Shown: positions 43,736 to 53,537 of the stretch, piece after piece
Layout: each line of letters starts with the position of its first letter
Numbering within the stretch: position 1 is the stretch's first letter
Assembly (NCBI GenBank): GCA_040223615.1
Contig: JAVKFY010000056.1
Location: forward strand, 2,788 to 66,787
Length of the DNA stretch: 64,000 nucleotides
Reading direction: 5' to 3'
Origin: Alphaproteobacteria bacterium
GTDB taxonomy: Bacteria > Pseudomonadota > Alphaproteobacteria > GCA-2731375
Program-made: the position numbers and the translations under genes
The notes under the pieces: model-generated
What the model was told of the DNA's origin: nothing
Seen by the model: the letters and a program-made list of their open reading frames with translations, nothing else
Databases searched by the model: none

Positions 43736-44879
43736 GACGCAGGAAGGCCAGCACGTCGTCGGCCAGCGCGGCCGGCTGTTCCCAGGCCGCGAAGTGGCCG
43801 CCCTTTTCCATAACCGTCCAGCGGCGGATGTCGGTGTAGGTGCGCCCCGCCAGGCTGCGCGGCGGCAACAGGATTTCGCTGGGGAGTGACGCGTGGCCGG
43901 TCGGCACGTCGATGGTCTTGCCGTCGGGGATCGGCCATGGACCGTGCAGGCGCGCATAGTACGGCCAGAAGGACGAGCCGATGGCGCCGGTGAACCAGTA
44001 AAGCGCGATATTGGCCAGCATCTGGTCCTTGGTGAGGGCGGTCTCGACGTCGCCGCCGCAGTCGGTCCAGGTGCGGCATTTCTCCACGATCCAGGCGGCG
44101 AGACCGGCCGGCGAGTCGGTCAGGCCATGCGCCAGAGTCTGCGGCTTGGTGCCCTGGATCGCCTGGTAGCCGGTCTCTTCCTTGATGAAGTGGTTGAGCT
44201 GGGCGAGATACCGCTGCTCCTCCTCGTTCGGGTTCTCCAGCATTTTCGGGTCGCGGCGCAGTGGCAGCATGTTGAGGTGCAGCCCGATCACCTGTTCGGG
44301 ATACAGCGCGGCCATCACCGAGGTGACAAAGGATCCCCAGTCGCCGCCCTGCAAGGCATAGCGGTCGTAGCCCAGCACCTCGGTCATCAGGGTGGAGAGG
44401 ACCGGCGCCATGTCCTCGACGCCGAAGCGCTTCTGGCCGGGCGTGAAGCTGAGTCCGTAGCCGGGCAGCGATGGCGCCACCACGGTGACCGCATCGGCCG
44501 CGTCGCCGCCGAAGCTCGCCGGGTCGGTCAGGCGCGGGATGATGTCCATGAACTCCATGACCGAGCCGGGCCAGCCGTGCAGCAGCAGCAGCGGGATGGG
44601 ATTCGGCCCGTTGCCGGGCACATGCAGGAAATGCAGGTCGACGTCGTCCATCGGTACCTTGAACTGCGCAAAGGCGTTGAGTTTTGCCTCCGCAGCGCGC
44701 CAGTCGAACCTGTCCTTCCAGTAGCCGACCAGTTCACGCACATAGTCGACTTCCGAGCCGGCCGACCACGGCTCGACCGGCGCGCGGTCGGGGAAGCGGG
44801 TGCGCGCCAGCCGCTCCCCCAGGTCGGCGATGTCGCCGTCCGCGACGTGGAGCTGAAACGGTTCTGGCGTGGCGGTCAT
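43722..44879 (-). CDS. epoxide hydrolase (alpha/beta hydrolase with EH N-terminal domain)
   Basis: 385 aa from MTATPEP. 'LLLLHGWPGS' (HGWP oxyanion motif) and nucleophile context 'GGDWGS' are present. Confidence 0.9.
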   Translation of the reverse strand: MTATPEPFQLHVADGDIADLGERLARTRFPDRAPVEPWSAGSEVDYVRELVGYWKDRFDWRAAEAKLNAFAQFKVPMDDVDLHFLHVPGNGPNPIPLLLLHGWPGSVMEFMDIIPRLTDPASFGGDAADAVTVVAPSLPGYGLSFTPGQKRFGVEDMAPVLSTLMTEVLGYDRYALQGGDWGSFVTSVMAALYPEQVIGLHLNMLPLRRDPKMLENPNEEEQRYLAQLNHFIKEETGYQAIQGTKPQTLAHGLTDSPAGLAAWIVEKCRTWTDCGGDVETALTKDQMLANIALYWFTGAIGSSFWPYYARLHGPWPIPDGKTIDVPTGHASLPSEILLPPRSLAGRTYTDIRRWTVMEKGGHFAAWEQPAALADDVLAFLRPLRG

Positions 44880-44898
44880 GGCGGCGTCCTCGTGGTTT

Positions 44899-46263
44899 CT
44901 AGCGCGTAGTTGGCCACACCGGGTGGTGCAGGTCGATGACGTAGGCATGGCTGTGACGCAGCGGTGCGTGGCGGTGCGGATGGGCGTGCGGCTCCGGACC
45001 CTCCCAGCCCTCGTGCTCGTGCTGGTGGTGCTCGTCGTGCACGTGCAGATGTTCGTGGTCGCGCGCCGGATGACGGTGTTCCAAGGTGACCGGATCATTG
45101 GCCGGCCATAGGGCCGCGGCGGCGCCTGTCGCGGCCAGGGCAATCGCCGCCAGCACCGCGAACCCGGTCGTCAGCCCAAGCCAGCCGGCCAGCGGATAGG
45201 CGATCAGCCAGCAGCCGTGCGACAGCGCGAACTGCGCCGCGTAGACCGCCGGCCGGTCGGCATCCCGCGCCGACCGCCGCAGCAGCCGCCCCGCCGGGGT
45301 CTGCACCAGCGACAGGCCGACGCCCAGCGCCAGCCACAGCGCCAGCAGGCCGCCCCAGCCCGGCGCGGCCAGGCCGATCAGCAAGCCAATGCCGAGCAAT
45401 CCGCCGCCAGCCAGCATGAACGGCCGGTCCGGCCAGTCGTCGAGCAGCCGCGGCAACGCCAGTGCCACGACCATCGACCCGGCGCCGGCCGCCGCCAGCG
45501 CCAGCGCGGTCTCGGTCTCGCCGGCGCCCAGGCGGTCGCGGACGTAGACCACGGTGTTGACGATGACCATGGCGCCGGCGCTGGCCACCGCCAACGACAG
45601 CGCCAGGAGGCCGCGCAGGCGTGGCGTCTTCAGGTAGATGGCGATGCCGTAGCCGATATTGCGCAGGACGCCGCGCTCGCGCGACTGAGATTTCGCGGCC
45701 GGCAGGCGGGAGGACAGTACCAGCGCCGCCGAAACCAGGAAGGCGACGGCATTGGCGGCGAAAAAGGCGTCATAGCTCACCACCAGTAGTGCGAGCGCCG
45801 CCAGAGTCGGGCTCAACAGGTTCTCCAGGTCGTAGGCGAGCCGCGACAGGGACAACGCGCGGGTATAGCGGCGCTCGTCGGTCAGGATGTCCGGGATGGT
45901 GGCCTGGAAGGTCGGCGTGAAGCCGGCCGACCCGGCGCTCAGCACGAAGATCAACGCGTAGATCTGCCAGATCTCGCTGACGATGGGCAGGCAGGCGACG
46001 GCGGCGGCGCGCAGCAGGTCGAGCCCGACCAGCAGGCGGCGGCGCGGCAACCGGTGCGCGAATCCGCCGACCACCGGCGCGACCACGACGTAGGCCACCA
46101 TCTTCAGCGCCAGCGCGGTGCCCAGCACCCGCCCGGCATCGCCGCCGGCCAGGTCATAGGCCAGCAGCGCCAGCGCGACCGTGGCCAACCCAGTGCCGGC
46201 CAGCGCCACCACCTGGGCCGCGAACAGCCGTCGATAAGTCGCATCCGCGAGCGGCGAGAGCAT
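44899..46263 (-). CDS. MFS transporter with histidine-rich cytoplasmic C-terminal tail (NreB/NrsD-like metal-efflux candidate)
   Basis: 454 aa from MLSPLAD, about 12 hydrophobic segments. The tail is 'EHRHPARDHEHLHVHDEHHQHEHEGWEGPEPHAHPHRHAPLRHSHAYVIDLHHPVWP'. Confidence 0.8.
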   Translation of the reverse strand: MLSPLADATYRRLFAAQVVALAGTGLATVALALLAYDLAGGDAGRVLGTALALKMVAYVVVAPVVGGFAHRLPRRRLLVGLDLLRAAAVACLPIVSEIWQIYALIFVLSAGSAGFTPTFQATIPDILTDERRYTRALSLSRLAYDLENLLSPTLAALALLVVSYDAFFAANAVAFLVSAALVLSSRLPAAKSQSRERGVLRNIGYGIAIYLKTPRLRGLLALSLAVASAGAMVIVNTVVYVRDRLGAGETETALALAAAGAGSMVVALALPRLLDDWPDRPFMLAGGGLLGIGLLIGLAAPGWGGLLALWLALGVGLSLVQTPAGRLLRRSARDADRPAVYAAQFALSHGCWLIAYPLAGWLGLTTGFAVLAAIALAATGAAAALWPANDPVTLEHRHPARDHEHLHVHDEHHQHEHEGWEGPEPHAHPHRHAPLRHSHAYVIDLHHPVWPTTR

Positions 46264-46294
46264 GGGTGGAGGATATCGCGGCGCAACCCACATC

Positions 46295-46376
46295 GTCACC
46301 CCGGCCTTGAGCCGGGGGCCATGTCGAGGCCAGGCTCTATAGCCGACATGGACCCCGGGTCTTCGCCCGGGGTGAC
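46295..46376. repeat. REP-like element family A: inverted pair in a divergent promoter region
   Basis: 46295-46328 is 'gtcaccccggccttgagccgggggccatgtcgag'. 46344-46376 is 'cgacatggaccccgggtcttcgcccggggtgac'. The hairpin architecture matches 16144-16238. Confidence 0.75.
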
Positions 46377-46395
46377 GAACATTGTGGAGACGACG

Positions 46396-46776
46396 ATGGA
46401 ACCCACGCCCGAACACCTCGCCGCGCTGGCGGCTGACGACCGGCCGGGGCCGGTGGTGATGCTGAACCTGGTGAAATTCAAGGACGGCGCCGATGCCCGA
46501 GCCGAATACCAGACCTATTCCAAGGGCTTCACGCCGCTGTTGAAGCAGCTCGGCGGCACCGTCCTGTGGGCCGGCGATGTCACCGGCATCGCCATCGGCG
46601 AGGATGGCCGCGACGACTGGGACTACGCGGTGCTGGTGCGCTATCCGCGCCGGCAGGACTTCGTCGATACCATGACGTCGGACGCATATGCCGCGATCAA
46701 CCCGTATCGGCTGGCCGGGCTGGCGAAACATGTGATCGTTCCCGTCAGCGAGACCTACTCGAAATTCGACGGATAG
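46396..46776 (+). CDS. DUF1330-domain protein
   Basis: 126 aa from MEPTPEH. 'PVVMLNLVKFKD...Y..Y......L...GG' fits the DUF1330 pattern as I recall it. Confidence 0.7.
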   Translation: MEPTPEHLAALAADDRPGPVVMLNLVKFKDGADARAEYQTYSKGFTPLLKQLGGTVLWAGDVTGIAIGEDGRDDWDYAVLVRYPRRQDFVDTMTSDAYAAINPYRLAGLAKHVIVPVSETYSKFDG

Positions 46777-46811
46777 GCGAAGATAGGGAAAACGCCGCGA
46801 GGGAGCGTCCG

Positions 46812-48452
46812 TTGCAGAGCTTCGATTACGTGATCATCGGCGCCGGGTCGGCCGGCTCGGTGCTGGCCAACCGGCTCACCCAGGATCCGAACACCTCGGT
46901 GCTGGTGCTGGAGGCCGGGCCGCCGGACCGGAATCTCTTCATCCACATGCCGGCCGGGTTCATCAAGACCTACCACAACAAGGCGATCAACTGGGCCTAC
47001 GAGCAGGAGGCCGGGCCCTATACCGACGGTCGCAAGATCTACGCGCCGCGCGGCAAGACGCTGGGCGGGTCGAGCTCGATCAACGGCCACATCTATAACC
47101 GCGGCCAGCGCGCCGACTTCGACACCTGGGCGCAGCAGGGCAATCGCGGCTGGGGCTATGCCGACGTGCTGCCCTACTTCAGGCGCATGGAGAACCGCCA
47201 CGACGACAAGGCGGACGCGACCTTCCGCGGCAAGGGCGGCGAGCTCGACATCACCGACATCGACTGGATTCACCCGCTGTGCGAGGCGTTCATCGAGGGC
47301 GCGGTGAGCCTCGGTATCCCGCGCAACCCGGACTACAACGGCAGGATCCAGGAGGGCGTCAGCTACTCGCAACGCACGATCAAGAACGGCCGGCGGGTGT
47401 CCGCCGCGACGGCCTTCCTGCGTCCGGCGATGAGCCGGCCGAACCTGACCGTGTGGACGTCGACCTACACCACCAGTCTGGTTCTCGAGGGCAAGAAGGC
47501 GGTCGGTGCGCGCTACAAGCGCGGCGGGCCAAACGGCAAGGAAGAGGAGGTTCGCGCCAATCGCGAGGTGCTGTTGTGCGCCGGCGCCTACAATTCGCCG
47601 CAGATCCTGCAATTCTCCGGCATCGGACCGGCCGCCCTGCTGAAACAGCACGGGATCGAAGTGCTGCACGACCTGGCCGGCGTCGGCGAAGGGCTGCAGG
47701 ACCACTACGCGCCGCGCATGGAGGCGCGGGTGAAGAACTCGAAAACCATCAACGAGCGGGTGCGTGGTCTTGCTCTGATGAGCGAGGCGGCAAAGTGGTT
47801 CATCGGGCGCAAGGGCGTGCTGGGCCTGAGCCCGACGCTGATCTACTGCTTCTGGCATTCCGACGAGACGACGCGTCAGGCCGACATCCAGCTCACCTTC
47901 ACGCCGGCCAGCTACAAGGACGGCGTGCAGGGCCAGCTCGAAGACGAGCCGGGCATGACCATCGCCGCCTGGCAGCAGCGCCCCGAGAGCCGTGGGCACG
48001 TCCGCATCACCTCAGCCGACCCATTCCAGGCGCCGGCGATCCAGACCAACTACCTGGCCGAGGAGACCGACCGGCGGGTCCTGGTGGGCGCGATGAAGCT
48101 GGGCCGGCGGCTGTTCCGCACCGATCCGCTGTCGCCCTATTTCGACCACGAAATCTGGCCCGGCGAGGCGACGCAGAGCGACGACGAGCTGCTGCACATG
48201 GCGACGACGCGCGCCACCACAACCTTCCATCCGGCCTGCACCAACCGCATGGGGCCGTCGAGCGACCCGCTGGCGGTGGTCGACGACGAGCTGCGCGTGC
48301 ATGGGCTGGACGGGTTGCGGGTGATCGACGCGTCGGTGATGCCGCGGATGATCTCGGCCAACCTGAACGCCGCCACGCTGATGATCGCCGAGAAGGCCTC
48401 CGACATGCTGCGCGGCAAGCCGGCGGAGGAGGCGGTGCGCTTGCCGGACTGA
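46812..48452 (+). CDS. GMC-family FAD oxidoreductase (choline-dehydrogenase-like)
   Basis: 546 aa from the TTG at 46812, with a GGGAG RBS 6 nt upstream. 'FDYVIIGAGSAGSVLANRLT' and C-terminal 'HPACTNRMG...VHGLDGLRVIDASVMP' are present. Confidence 0.9.
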   Translation: MQSFDYVIIGAGSAGSVLANRLTQDPNTSVLVLEAGPPDRNLFIHMPAGFIKTYHNKAINWAYEQEAGPYTDGRKIYAPRGKTLGGSSSINGHIYNRGQRADFDTWAQQGNRGWGYADVLPYFRRMENRHDDKADATFRGKGGELDITDIDWIHPLCEAFIEGAVSLGIPRNPDYNGRIQEGVSYSQRTIKNGRRVSAATAFLRPAMSRPNLTVWTSTYTTSLVLEGKKAVGARYKRGGPNGKEEEVRANREVLLCAGAYNSPQILQFSGIGPAALLKQHGIEVLHDLAGVGEGLQDHYAPRMEARVKNSKTINERVRGLALMSEAAKWFIGRKGVLGLSPTLIYCFWHSDETTRQADIQLTFTPASYKDGVQGQLEDEPGMTIAAWQQRPESRGHVRITSADPFQAPAIQTNYLAEETDRRVLVGAMKLGRRLFRTDPLSPYFDHEIWPGEATQSDDELLHMATTRATTTFHPACTNRMGPSSDPLAVVDDELRVHGLDGLRVIDASVMPRMISANLNAATLMIAEKASDMLRGKPAEEAVRLPD

Positions 48453-48498
48453 GCCGAACCGGCGCACAGTCGGTGTTTGGCCGCACAGGAGTACGCCG

Positions 48499-49347
48499 AT
48501 GGCGTCCACGCTCACGCAAAACGGCTTCCCGGTGATGCTGACCTTCGATCTCGACGCGGAGACCATGTGGACCGCGCGCGATCCGAAGAACGCGGAACGG
48601 CCGGTGGTGATGTCGCAGGGCGCCTATGGCTGGAAGGTCGGCATGCCGCGCATCATGGACCTGCTGGACCGCTACGGCATCCAGGCCACCTTCTTCATCC
48701 CCGGCCTGGTGATCGAGCAGCGCTGGGCCCTGTGCGAGGAGGTGCTGCGGCGAGGCCACGAGATCGCACACCATTCCTGGTCGCACCGCTGGATCGTCAA
48801 TCTCTCGCCGGAGGAAGAGCGCGAGGAGATGGACCGGGGGCTGGAGATCATCCAGCGCCTGACCGGCAGACCGCCGGCCGGTTGGCGCTCGCCGGCGGCG
48901 GAATTCTCGCCGATCACGCTGCCGATGCTGCTGGAAAAGGGTTTCCGCTACTCGTCCAACATGATGGACGACGACACGCCTTACCTGCACGTGCATGACG
49001 GTGCCGTCACCGATCTGATCGAGTTCCCATTCGCCTGGGTGCTCGACGACGCGCCGTTCTTCCAATACTCGATCACGCTGCCGGGCCGGACCATGCAGGC
49101 GCCTTCGGCGGTGCTGGAAGCCTGGAAGGCGGAGTTCGACACGCTGTTCGCCGAGAACCGCGCGTTCACGCTGGCGATGCACCCGCAGATCATCGGGCGT
49201 GGCAGCCGGATTGTCGCGCTGGAAGGGCTGATCCAGTACATCCAGCAGCACAACAACGTGTGGTTCGCGCGCTGCGACGAAGCGGCGGAGTCGATGCGCT
49301 CGGTGCTGCAGGTGCGCCACGGCGAGGCATTGCAGGCGGCGCAATGA
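48499..49347 (+). CDS. polysaccharide deacetylase / carbohydrate-esterase-4 family protein (PuuE-like size)
   Basis: 282 aa. 'LTFDLDAE' and 'HEIAHHSWSH' are metal/catalytic motif contexts of the NodB fold. Confidence 0.82.
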   Translation: MASTLTQNGFPVMLTFDLDAETMWTARDPKNAERPVVMSQGAYGWKVGMPRIMDLLDRYGIQATFFIPGLVIEQRWALCEEVLRRGHEIAHHSWSHRWIVNLSPEEEREEMDRGLEIIQRLTGRPPAGWRSPAAEFSPITLPMLLEKGFRYSSNMMDDDTPYLHVHDGAVTDLIEFPFAWVLDDAPFFQYSITLPGRTMQAPSAVLEAWKAEFDTLFAENRAFTLAMHPQIIGRGSRIVALEGLIQYIQQHNNVWFARCDEAAESMRSVLQVRHGEALQAAQ

Positions 49348-49357
49348 GCGCAAAGAC

Positions 49358-50107
49358 GTGAGACTGGCGAACCGGCGGGTTCTGATCACCGGCGCCGCGT
49401 CGGGCATCGGCGCGGAAACCGCCCGGCTGTTCGCTCGCGAAGGCGCCAAGGTGGCACTGCTCGACCGCGACGAGGACCGGCTGGCCAGCGTTGCCGCCGA
49501 GATCGACGCGCTCTCAACGGCGGCCGACGTCAGCGATGCCGAAGCCGTCGCCCGCGCCGTCGACAAGCTGGCCGACGCGCTCGGCGGGCTGGACGGCGTG
49601 GTCGGCGCGGCTGGCATCGACCTGCTGCAACCCTTCGCGGAGATGACACCGGCCGCGTGGCGCCATGTCCTGAGCGTCAATCTGGACGGGCCGTTCAACG
49701 TCAGCCACGCCGCGCGGCCGCATCTCGCCGGCGCCGGCGGCGGCACCATCGTCCACATCAGTTCCGGCGCCGGCCTGCGTCCCCTGCCCGCCCGCACCGC
49801 CTATTGCAGTGCCAAGGCCGGGCTGGTGATGTTCGCCAAGGCGCTGGCCATCGACCTGACGGACGACAACATCCGGGTCAACGCGATCTGCCCCGGCATC
49901 GTCGACACGCCGATGTTCCGCGATGGGCTGGCCGCGGCCAGCGACGACCCGGAGGCCGAGCTGGCGATGGTACTGGACCGCTACCTGGTGAAGCGCATCG
50001 GCAAGCCCCTGGATATCGCCAACGCGGCGCTGTTCCTGACCTGCGATGAGTCGGCGCAGGTCACCGGTTCGGCGCTGGCGGTCGACGGCGGGCGCGTGTT
50101 CCACTGA
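49358..50107 (+). CDS. short-chain dehydrogenase/reductase (SDR)
   Basis: 249 aa, GTG start. 'TGAASGIGAETA' and 'YCSAKAG' (YxxxK) are present. Confidence 0.9.
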   Translation: MRLANRRVLITGAASGIGAETARLFAREGAKVALLDRDEDRLASVAAEIDALSTAADVSDAEAVARAVDKLADALGGLDGVVGAAGIDLLQPFAEMTPAAWRHVLSVNLDGPFNVSHAARPHLAGAGGGTIVHISSGAGLRPLPARTAYCSAKAGLVMFAKALAIDLTDDNIRVNAICPGIVDTPMFRDGLAAASDDPEAELAMVLDRYLVKRIGKPLDIANAALFLTCDESAQVTGSALAVDGGRVFH

Positions 50108-50135
50108 TCCGTATCCTCGCAAAGGAGGCGCGGCG

Positions 50136-50897
50136 ATGAGCAACCCCTTCGCGGTGAACGGTGTGGCGCTGGTGACCGGCGCGGCCAACGGCATCGGCCG
50201 GGCCACCGCCCTGGCGCTGGCCGATGCCGGCGCCGACCTTGGCCTGATTGACGTGGAGGCCGACGCGCTGGCCGCAGTGCTGGAGGAAGTCCGCGCGAAA
50301 GGCCGCCGGGTCGAGGCGCGGGCCGCCGACTGCACTGACGCGGAAGCGCTGGCCGACGCCATCCAGGCGGTGCAGACCGATCTCGGCGACATCGAGGTGC
50401 TGTTCAACAATGTCGGGCAGAGCGCGCGCGACCGCGCCAGCCGGTTCCTGGAGTCGGACGAGGAGGTCTGGCGCTTCGTCCTCGAGGTCTCGCTGCTGAC
50501 CACGATGCGGGCCAGCCGCCTGGTCGCGCCCGCCATGGTCGAGCGCAGCCGCGGGCGGATCGTCAGCATGTCGAGCGAGAGCGCCTTCTTCGGCGATGTC
50601 GGGCTGGTCGACTATTCGGCGGCGAAGATGGGCGTGGTCGGCTTCACCCGGGCGCTGGCCCGCGAACTGGCGCCGCAGGGAGTCAACGTCAACGTGGTCT
50701 GCCCCGGCGCGATCCGCACCCGGGCGCACGAACGGCTGCCGGCCGAGGTGATCGACCGGATCCGCGACTCGGTGCCGCTGGGCTTCGTCGGCCTGCCGGA
50801 GGACGTGGCCAACGTCGTGGTGTTTCTCGCCAGCGACGCGAGCCGCTACATTACCGGCCAATCGCTGCTGATCGACGGTGGCCGCTGGATGATCTGA
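50136..50897 (+). CDS. short-chain dehydrogenase/reductase (SDR)
   Basis: 253 aa from MSNPFAV, with an AAAGGAGG RBS upstream. '[11 protein letters not shown]' and 'YSAAKMG' are present. Confidence 0.9.
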   Translation: MSNPFAVNGVALVTGAANGIGRATALALADAGADLGLIDVEADALAAVLEEVRAKGRRVEARAADCTDAEALADAIQAVQTDLGDIEVLFNNVGQSARDRASRFLESDEEVWRFVLEVSLLTTMRASRLVAPAMVERSRGRIVSMSSESAFFGDVGLVDYSAAKMGVVGFTRALARELAPQGVNVNVVCPGAIRTRAHERLPAEVIDRIRDSVPLGFVGLPEDVANVVVFLASDASRYITGQSLLIDGGRWMI

Positions 50898-50928
50898 TCA
50901 GAACGACACGAACTGGGGAGCTACGCCA

Positions 50929-52764
50929 ATGCCAACCTATCGCTCGCACCGCACCACGCAGGGGCGCGGCCAGGCTGCCGCGCGGGCGCTGTGGCGCGCC
51001 ACCGGCACCGCCGAGGCCGACCTGGCCAAGCCGATCGTCGCCATCGCCAACTCCTACACCCAGTTCGTGCCCGGCCACGTGCACCTGAAGAACCTGGGCG
51101 ACCTGGTCGCGGCGGAGATCCGCAAGGCCGGCGCGGTGTCGAAGGAGTTCCACACCATTGCCGTCGACGACGGCATCGCCATGGGCCACGAGGGCATGCT
51201 CTACAGCCTGCCGTCGCGCGAGATCATCGCGGATTCCGTCGAGTACATGGTCAACGCGCATTGCGCCGACGCGCTGGTCTGCATCTCCAACTGCGACAAG
51301 ATCACGCCCGGCATGCTGATGGCGGCGATGCGGCTGAACATCCCGACCATCTTCGTCTCCGGCGGCCCGATGGAAGCCGGCAAGATGACCCACGAGGGCA
51401 AGGAGGCGGTGATCGACGCGGTCGACGCGCTGGTCGGCGGTAACGACCCGAACCTCTCCGATGGCGAGCTGGCAGCGATCGAGGACATCGCCTGCCCGAC
51501 CTGCGGCAGTTGCGCCGGCATGTTCACCGCCAACTCGATGAATTGCCTGACCGAGGCGCTGGGCCTGGCGCTGCCGGGCAACGGCTCGCTGCTGGCCACC
51601 CACGGCCAGCGCAGGAACCTGTTCCAGGAGGCCGGCCGGCGCATCGTCGACATGCTGCTGCGGCACTACGAGCTCGGCGAGACCGACATGCTGCCGCGCA
51701 ACGTCGCCAACCGCGCCGCGTTCGAGAACGCGATGACCATGGACGTCGCCATGGGCGGCTCGACCAATACCGTGCTGCACCTGCTCGGCGCCGCTTTCGA
51801 GGGCGAGGTGCCGTTCACCATGGCCGACATCGACCAGCTCAGCCGCAAAGTGCCGAACCTGTGCAAGGTGTCGCCGTCGGTGCCGCACTATCACATGGAG
51901 GACGTGCACCGCGCCGGCGGGGTGATGGGCATCCTGGGCGAGCTGCAGCGCGGCGGGCTGCTGCACGAGGACTGCAACAACGTGCTCGGCGACAGCTTGC
52001 GCGACACGCTGGCGATGTGGGACGTGGCGCAGACCAAGGACGCCTCGGTGAAGCAGTTCTATCGCGCGGCACCAGGACGGCAGCGGATGCTGGAAGCCTT
52101 CGGCCAGGACGCGATGTACGACGACCTGGACCTGGACCGGGCCGGCGGCTGCATCCGCGACGTCGCGCACGCCTACAGCCAGGACGGCGGGCTGGCGGTG
52201 CTGTTCGGCAACCTCGCCGCCGACGGCTGCATCGTGAAGACCGCCGGCGTGCCGGCCGGCATGCTGACCTTCAAGGGCCCGGCGCGGGTGTTCGAGAGCG
52301 AGAACGACGCCGCGTCCGGTATCATGGCCGGCGACGTGAAGCCGGGCGACGTTGTGGTGGTGCGCTACGAGGGCCCGCGCGGCGGCCCCGGCATGCAGGA
52401 AATGCTGATGCCGACCTCGATGATCAAGGCGGTCGGGCTGGCCGACAAATGCGCGCTGATCACCGACGGCCGGTTCTCCGGCGCGTCGTCAGGCCTGTCG
52501 ATCGGTCACATCTCGCCGGAAGCGGCCGAGGGCGGCAATATCGGGCTTATCGAGGATGGCGACGACGTGGTCATCGACATCCCGGGCCGCAAGCTGGACC
52601 TGGCCGTCGACGACGCCACGCTGGAGAAACGCCGCGCCGCCGCGACCTTCAAGCCGAAGAACCGCAACCGCGTGGTCAGCCGCGCGCTACAAGCCTACGG
52701 CGCGCTGGCCCGCTCCGCCGCCTTCGGCGCCGTCCGAGACCCGTCGCTGGTGACGAACAAGTAG
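50929..52764 (+). CDS. ilvD: dihydroxy-acid dehydratase
   Basis: 611 aa, collinear with E. coli IlvD from the first residues ('[17 protein letters not shown]'). '[12 protein letters not shown]' and '[11 protein letters not shown]' are present. Confidence 0.93.
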   Translation: MPTYRSHRTTQGRGQAAARALWRATGTAEADLAKPIVAIANSYTQFVPGHVHLKNLGDLVAAEIRKAGAVSKEFHTIAVDDGIAMGHEGMLYSLPSREIIADSVEYMVNAHCADALVCISNCDKITPGMLMAAMRLNIPTIFVSGGPMEAGKMTHEGKEAVIDAVDALVGGNDPNLSDGELAAIEDIACPTCGSCAGMFTANSMNCLTEALGLALPGNGSLLATHGQRRNLFQEAGRRIVDMLLRHYELGETDMLPRNVANRAAFENAMTMDVAMGGSTNTVLHLLGAAFEGEVPFTMADIDQLSRKVPNLCKVSPSVPHYHMEDVHRAGGVMGILGELQRGGLLHEDCNNVLGDSLRDTLAMWDVAQTKDASVKQFYRAAPGRQRMLEAFGQDAMYDDLDLDRAGGCIRDVAHAYSQDGGLAVLFGNLAADGCIVKTAGVPAGMLTFKGPARVFESENDAASGIMAGDVKPGDVVVVRYEGPRGGPGMQEMLMPTSMIKAVGLADKCALITDGRFSGASSGLSIGHISPEAAEGGNIGLIEDGDDVVIDIPGRKLDLAVDDATLEKRRAAATFKPKNRNRVVSRALQAYGALARSAAFGAVRDPSLVTNK

Positions 52765-52796
52765 CCCGGATTACGCTGACGCTGCATCCGGGCTAC
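52761..52796. repeat. REP-like element family B, single palindromic unit spanning the ilvD stop codon (possible bidirectional terminator between ilvD and msrA)
   Basis: 'gtagcccgga ttacgctgacgctgca tccgggctac': a perfect 10-bp stem with a 16-nt loop. The ilvD TAG lies within the left arm. Confidence 0.75.
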
Positions 52797-52806
52797 GAAG
52801 CTGTTC

Positions 52807-53418
52807 TCATTCCGCCGCGTCGGGCCGTTTCAGCTTGTCGGGGTAGATCGAGCGCAGCTTCTGCACCTTCGGCATCGAGATGCCGCGGATGTAGGGCTGG
52901 CCCGGGTTCAACGCGGCGTAGTCGTGGTGGTAGCTCTCGGCCTCGAAGAAGGTCTCCAACGGCGACAGCTCGGTGACGATCGGTCGGCTGAAAGCGCGGA
53001 GCTCCTCAAGCTGGGCGATGTACCGCTCGGCAACCTGCTTCTGCTCGCCGTCGGCGTAAAAGATGACGGAACGATATTGCGGGCCGACGTCGTGGCCCTG
53101 GCGGTCCTTCTGCGTCGGGTCGTGAGCGATGGCGAAGAACACCTTGAGGATCTGGCCCAGGTCGATGCGGGCAGCGTCGTAGACAATCTCGACAACCTCG
53201 GCGTGGCGGGTCTGGCCGGAGCAGACGGTGCGGTAGTCGGCCAGGTGCTGGGCATCGCCGGCATAGCCGGGCCGCACCCGCAGCACACCGTCGAGTTCCT
53301 TGTAGACCGCCTCGGTGCACCAGAAGCAGCCGCCGCCGAGCACGACCGAACGCTCGCCGGTCTCGGCCGAGGTGTATTCCGGATCGGGGAAGGACCAGGG
53401 ATCGATGTTCAAGCTCAT
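52807..53418 (-). CDS. msrA: peptide-methionine (S)-S-oxide reductase
   Basis: 203 aa from MSLNIDP, with an AAGGAGG RBS upstream. The active-site motif 'GGGCFWCTE' is present. Confidence 0.92.
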   Translation of the reverse strand: MSLNIDPWSFPDPEYTSAETGERSVVLGGGCFWCTEAVYKELDGVLRVRPGYAGDAQHLADYRTVCSGQTRHAEVVEIVYDAARIDLGQILKVFFAIAHDPTQKDRQGHDVGPQYRSVIFYADGEQKQVAERYIAQLEELRAFSRPIVTELSPLETFFEAESYHHDYAALNPGQPYIRGISMPKVQKLRSIYPDKLKRPDAAE

Positions 53419-53537
53419 GGGCGGCGCCTCCTTGCTGCCCACAGATGTAGGCCGGGTGGGCAGTCACTGCAACTCACGAGGCCATGCTTGCAGCCGCTGC
53501 GCCGAGGGCCGATGCTAGCTCTCGGGAGGACATAGAC

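Noticed and set aside
50929-52764. ilvD being a sugar-acid (for example arabonate/xylonate) dehydratase rather than true IlvD
   Set aside because: The sequence is collinear with E. coli IlvD from residue 1 and keeps its characteristic motifs. I keep only the operon context as a low-interest observation.
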